From positions 1-36,334 of the forward strand of contig CANLDA010000025.1 in assembly GCA_947489325.1 (NCBI GenBank): a stretch of 36,334 bases of DNA. The letters run 5' to 3'. Shown in pieces: positions 36,205 through 36,334 of the stretch. Numbering within the stretch: position 1 is the stretch's first letter; each line of letters opens with the position of its first letter. The notes under the pieces are model-generated. The model did not search any database. It saw nothing but the letters and a program-made list of their open reading frames with translations, and was not told where the DNA came from. This DNA is from an uncultured Rhodobacteraceae bacterium. Its GTDB lineage: Bacteria; Pseudomonadota; Alphaproteobacteria; Rhodobacterales; Rhodobacteraceae. Position numbers and translations under genes: made by a program.

Positions 36205-36334
36205 GGGATGTAATGCGTCAGGTGATGTAAGCTTTGCAAAAAATGGGCTCAATGTCGGCTTTGCGGTGTGGTTTCAACAGATCGCCGCAACACATGCTTC
36301 AAATTTCTCTGCTGGCGTTTGGTATTGCAAGGTT

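Noticed and set aside
1-36334. CRISPR arrays, rRNA genes, intact IS elements, integrases or transposases
   Set aside because: No regularly spaced direct repeats and no recombinase or transposase-like ORFs were found anywhere in the window. The only mobile-element signal is the transposase-less Mu-like remnant plus the tRNA-adjacent remnant.

Overview
This is a high-GC (roughly 58-60%) alphaproteobacterial, Rhodobacteraceae-like chromosomal window; all calls below are by eye from the six-frame ORF track and raw sequence, with no tools or searches run. Left ~4.4 kb: the early region of a Mu-like (transposable-phage-like) prophage remnant. An XRE-HTH/S24 (LexA-like) repressor is transcribed divergently from a tightly stop-start-coupled minus-strand operon: Ner-like, TraR/DksA zinc finger, a MuB-like AAA ATPase C-terminal fragment lacking Walker A, DUF3164, HU, and a short GemA-like protein. 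No transposase gene is present, and the block abuts clpA. Next come housekeeping genes: clpA (GTG start, no clpS), gloB, a SAM-dependent methyltransferase, cobB/Sir2, a DgoK-like protein, and a low-MW protein-tyrosine phosphatase. Then a glycine-betaine/dimethylglycine-type demethylation cluster: a DMGDH-like flavoprotein, a non-Pyl MttB-family methyltransferase, a LysR regulator, and a HisD-family dehydrogenase. After that a small secreted protein, a putative outer-membrane barrel and an ABM protein, then two AT-rich intergenic islands flanking uvrB: one carries a perfect 10-bp inverted repeat and a candidate coupled small ORF; the other carries a LexA-like box and a 16-bp palindrome. An NDUFS4-like gene and tRNA-Arg(TCT) come next; the tRNA is followed by a low-GC ORF-poor stretch holding a start-less gene remnant, then YegP, PhnA and a low-GC secreted protein. 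A dtd-pfkB-nitroreductase operon is directly followed by a co-directional membrane-stress/tellurite-type module: a double zinc-ribbon transmembrane-anchored protein, SPFH/band-7 with a GYF-like tail, a DUF2927 lipoprotein, TelA, and XpaC-like, with TerC downstream. The window ends with rluB (basic repetitive tail), tadA and a PhyH-family dioxygenase. No CRISPR array, rRNA, intact integrase or transposase was seen. The ORF track uses alternative start codons and several entries carry N-terminal extensions overlapping neighbours; starts were re-chosen by RBS where stated.
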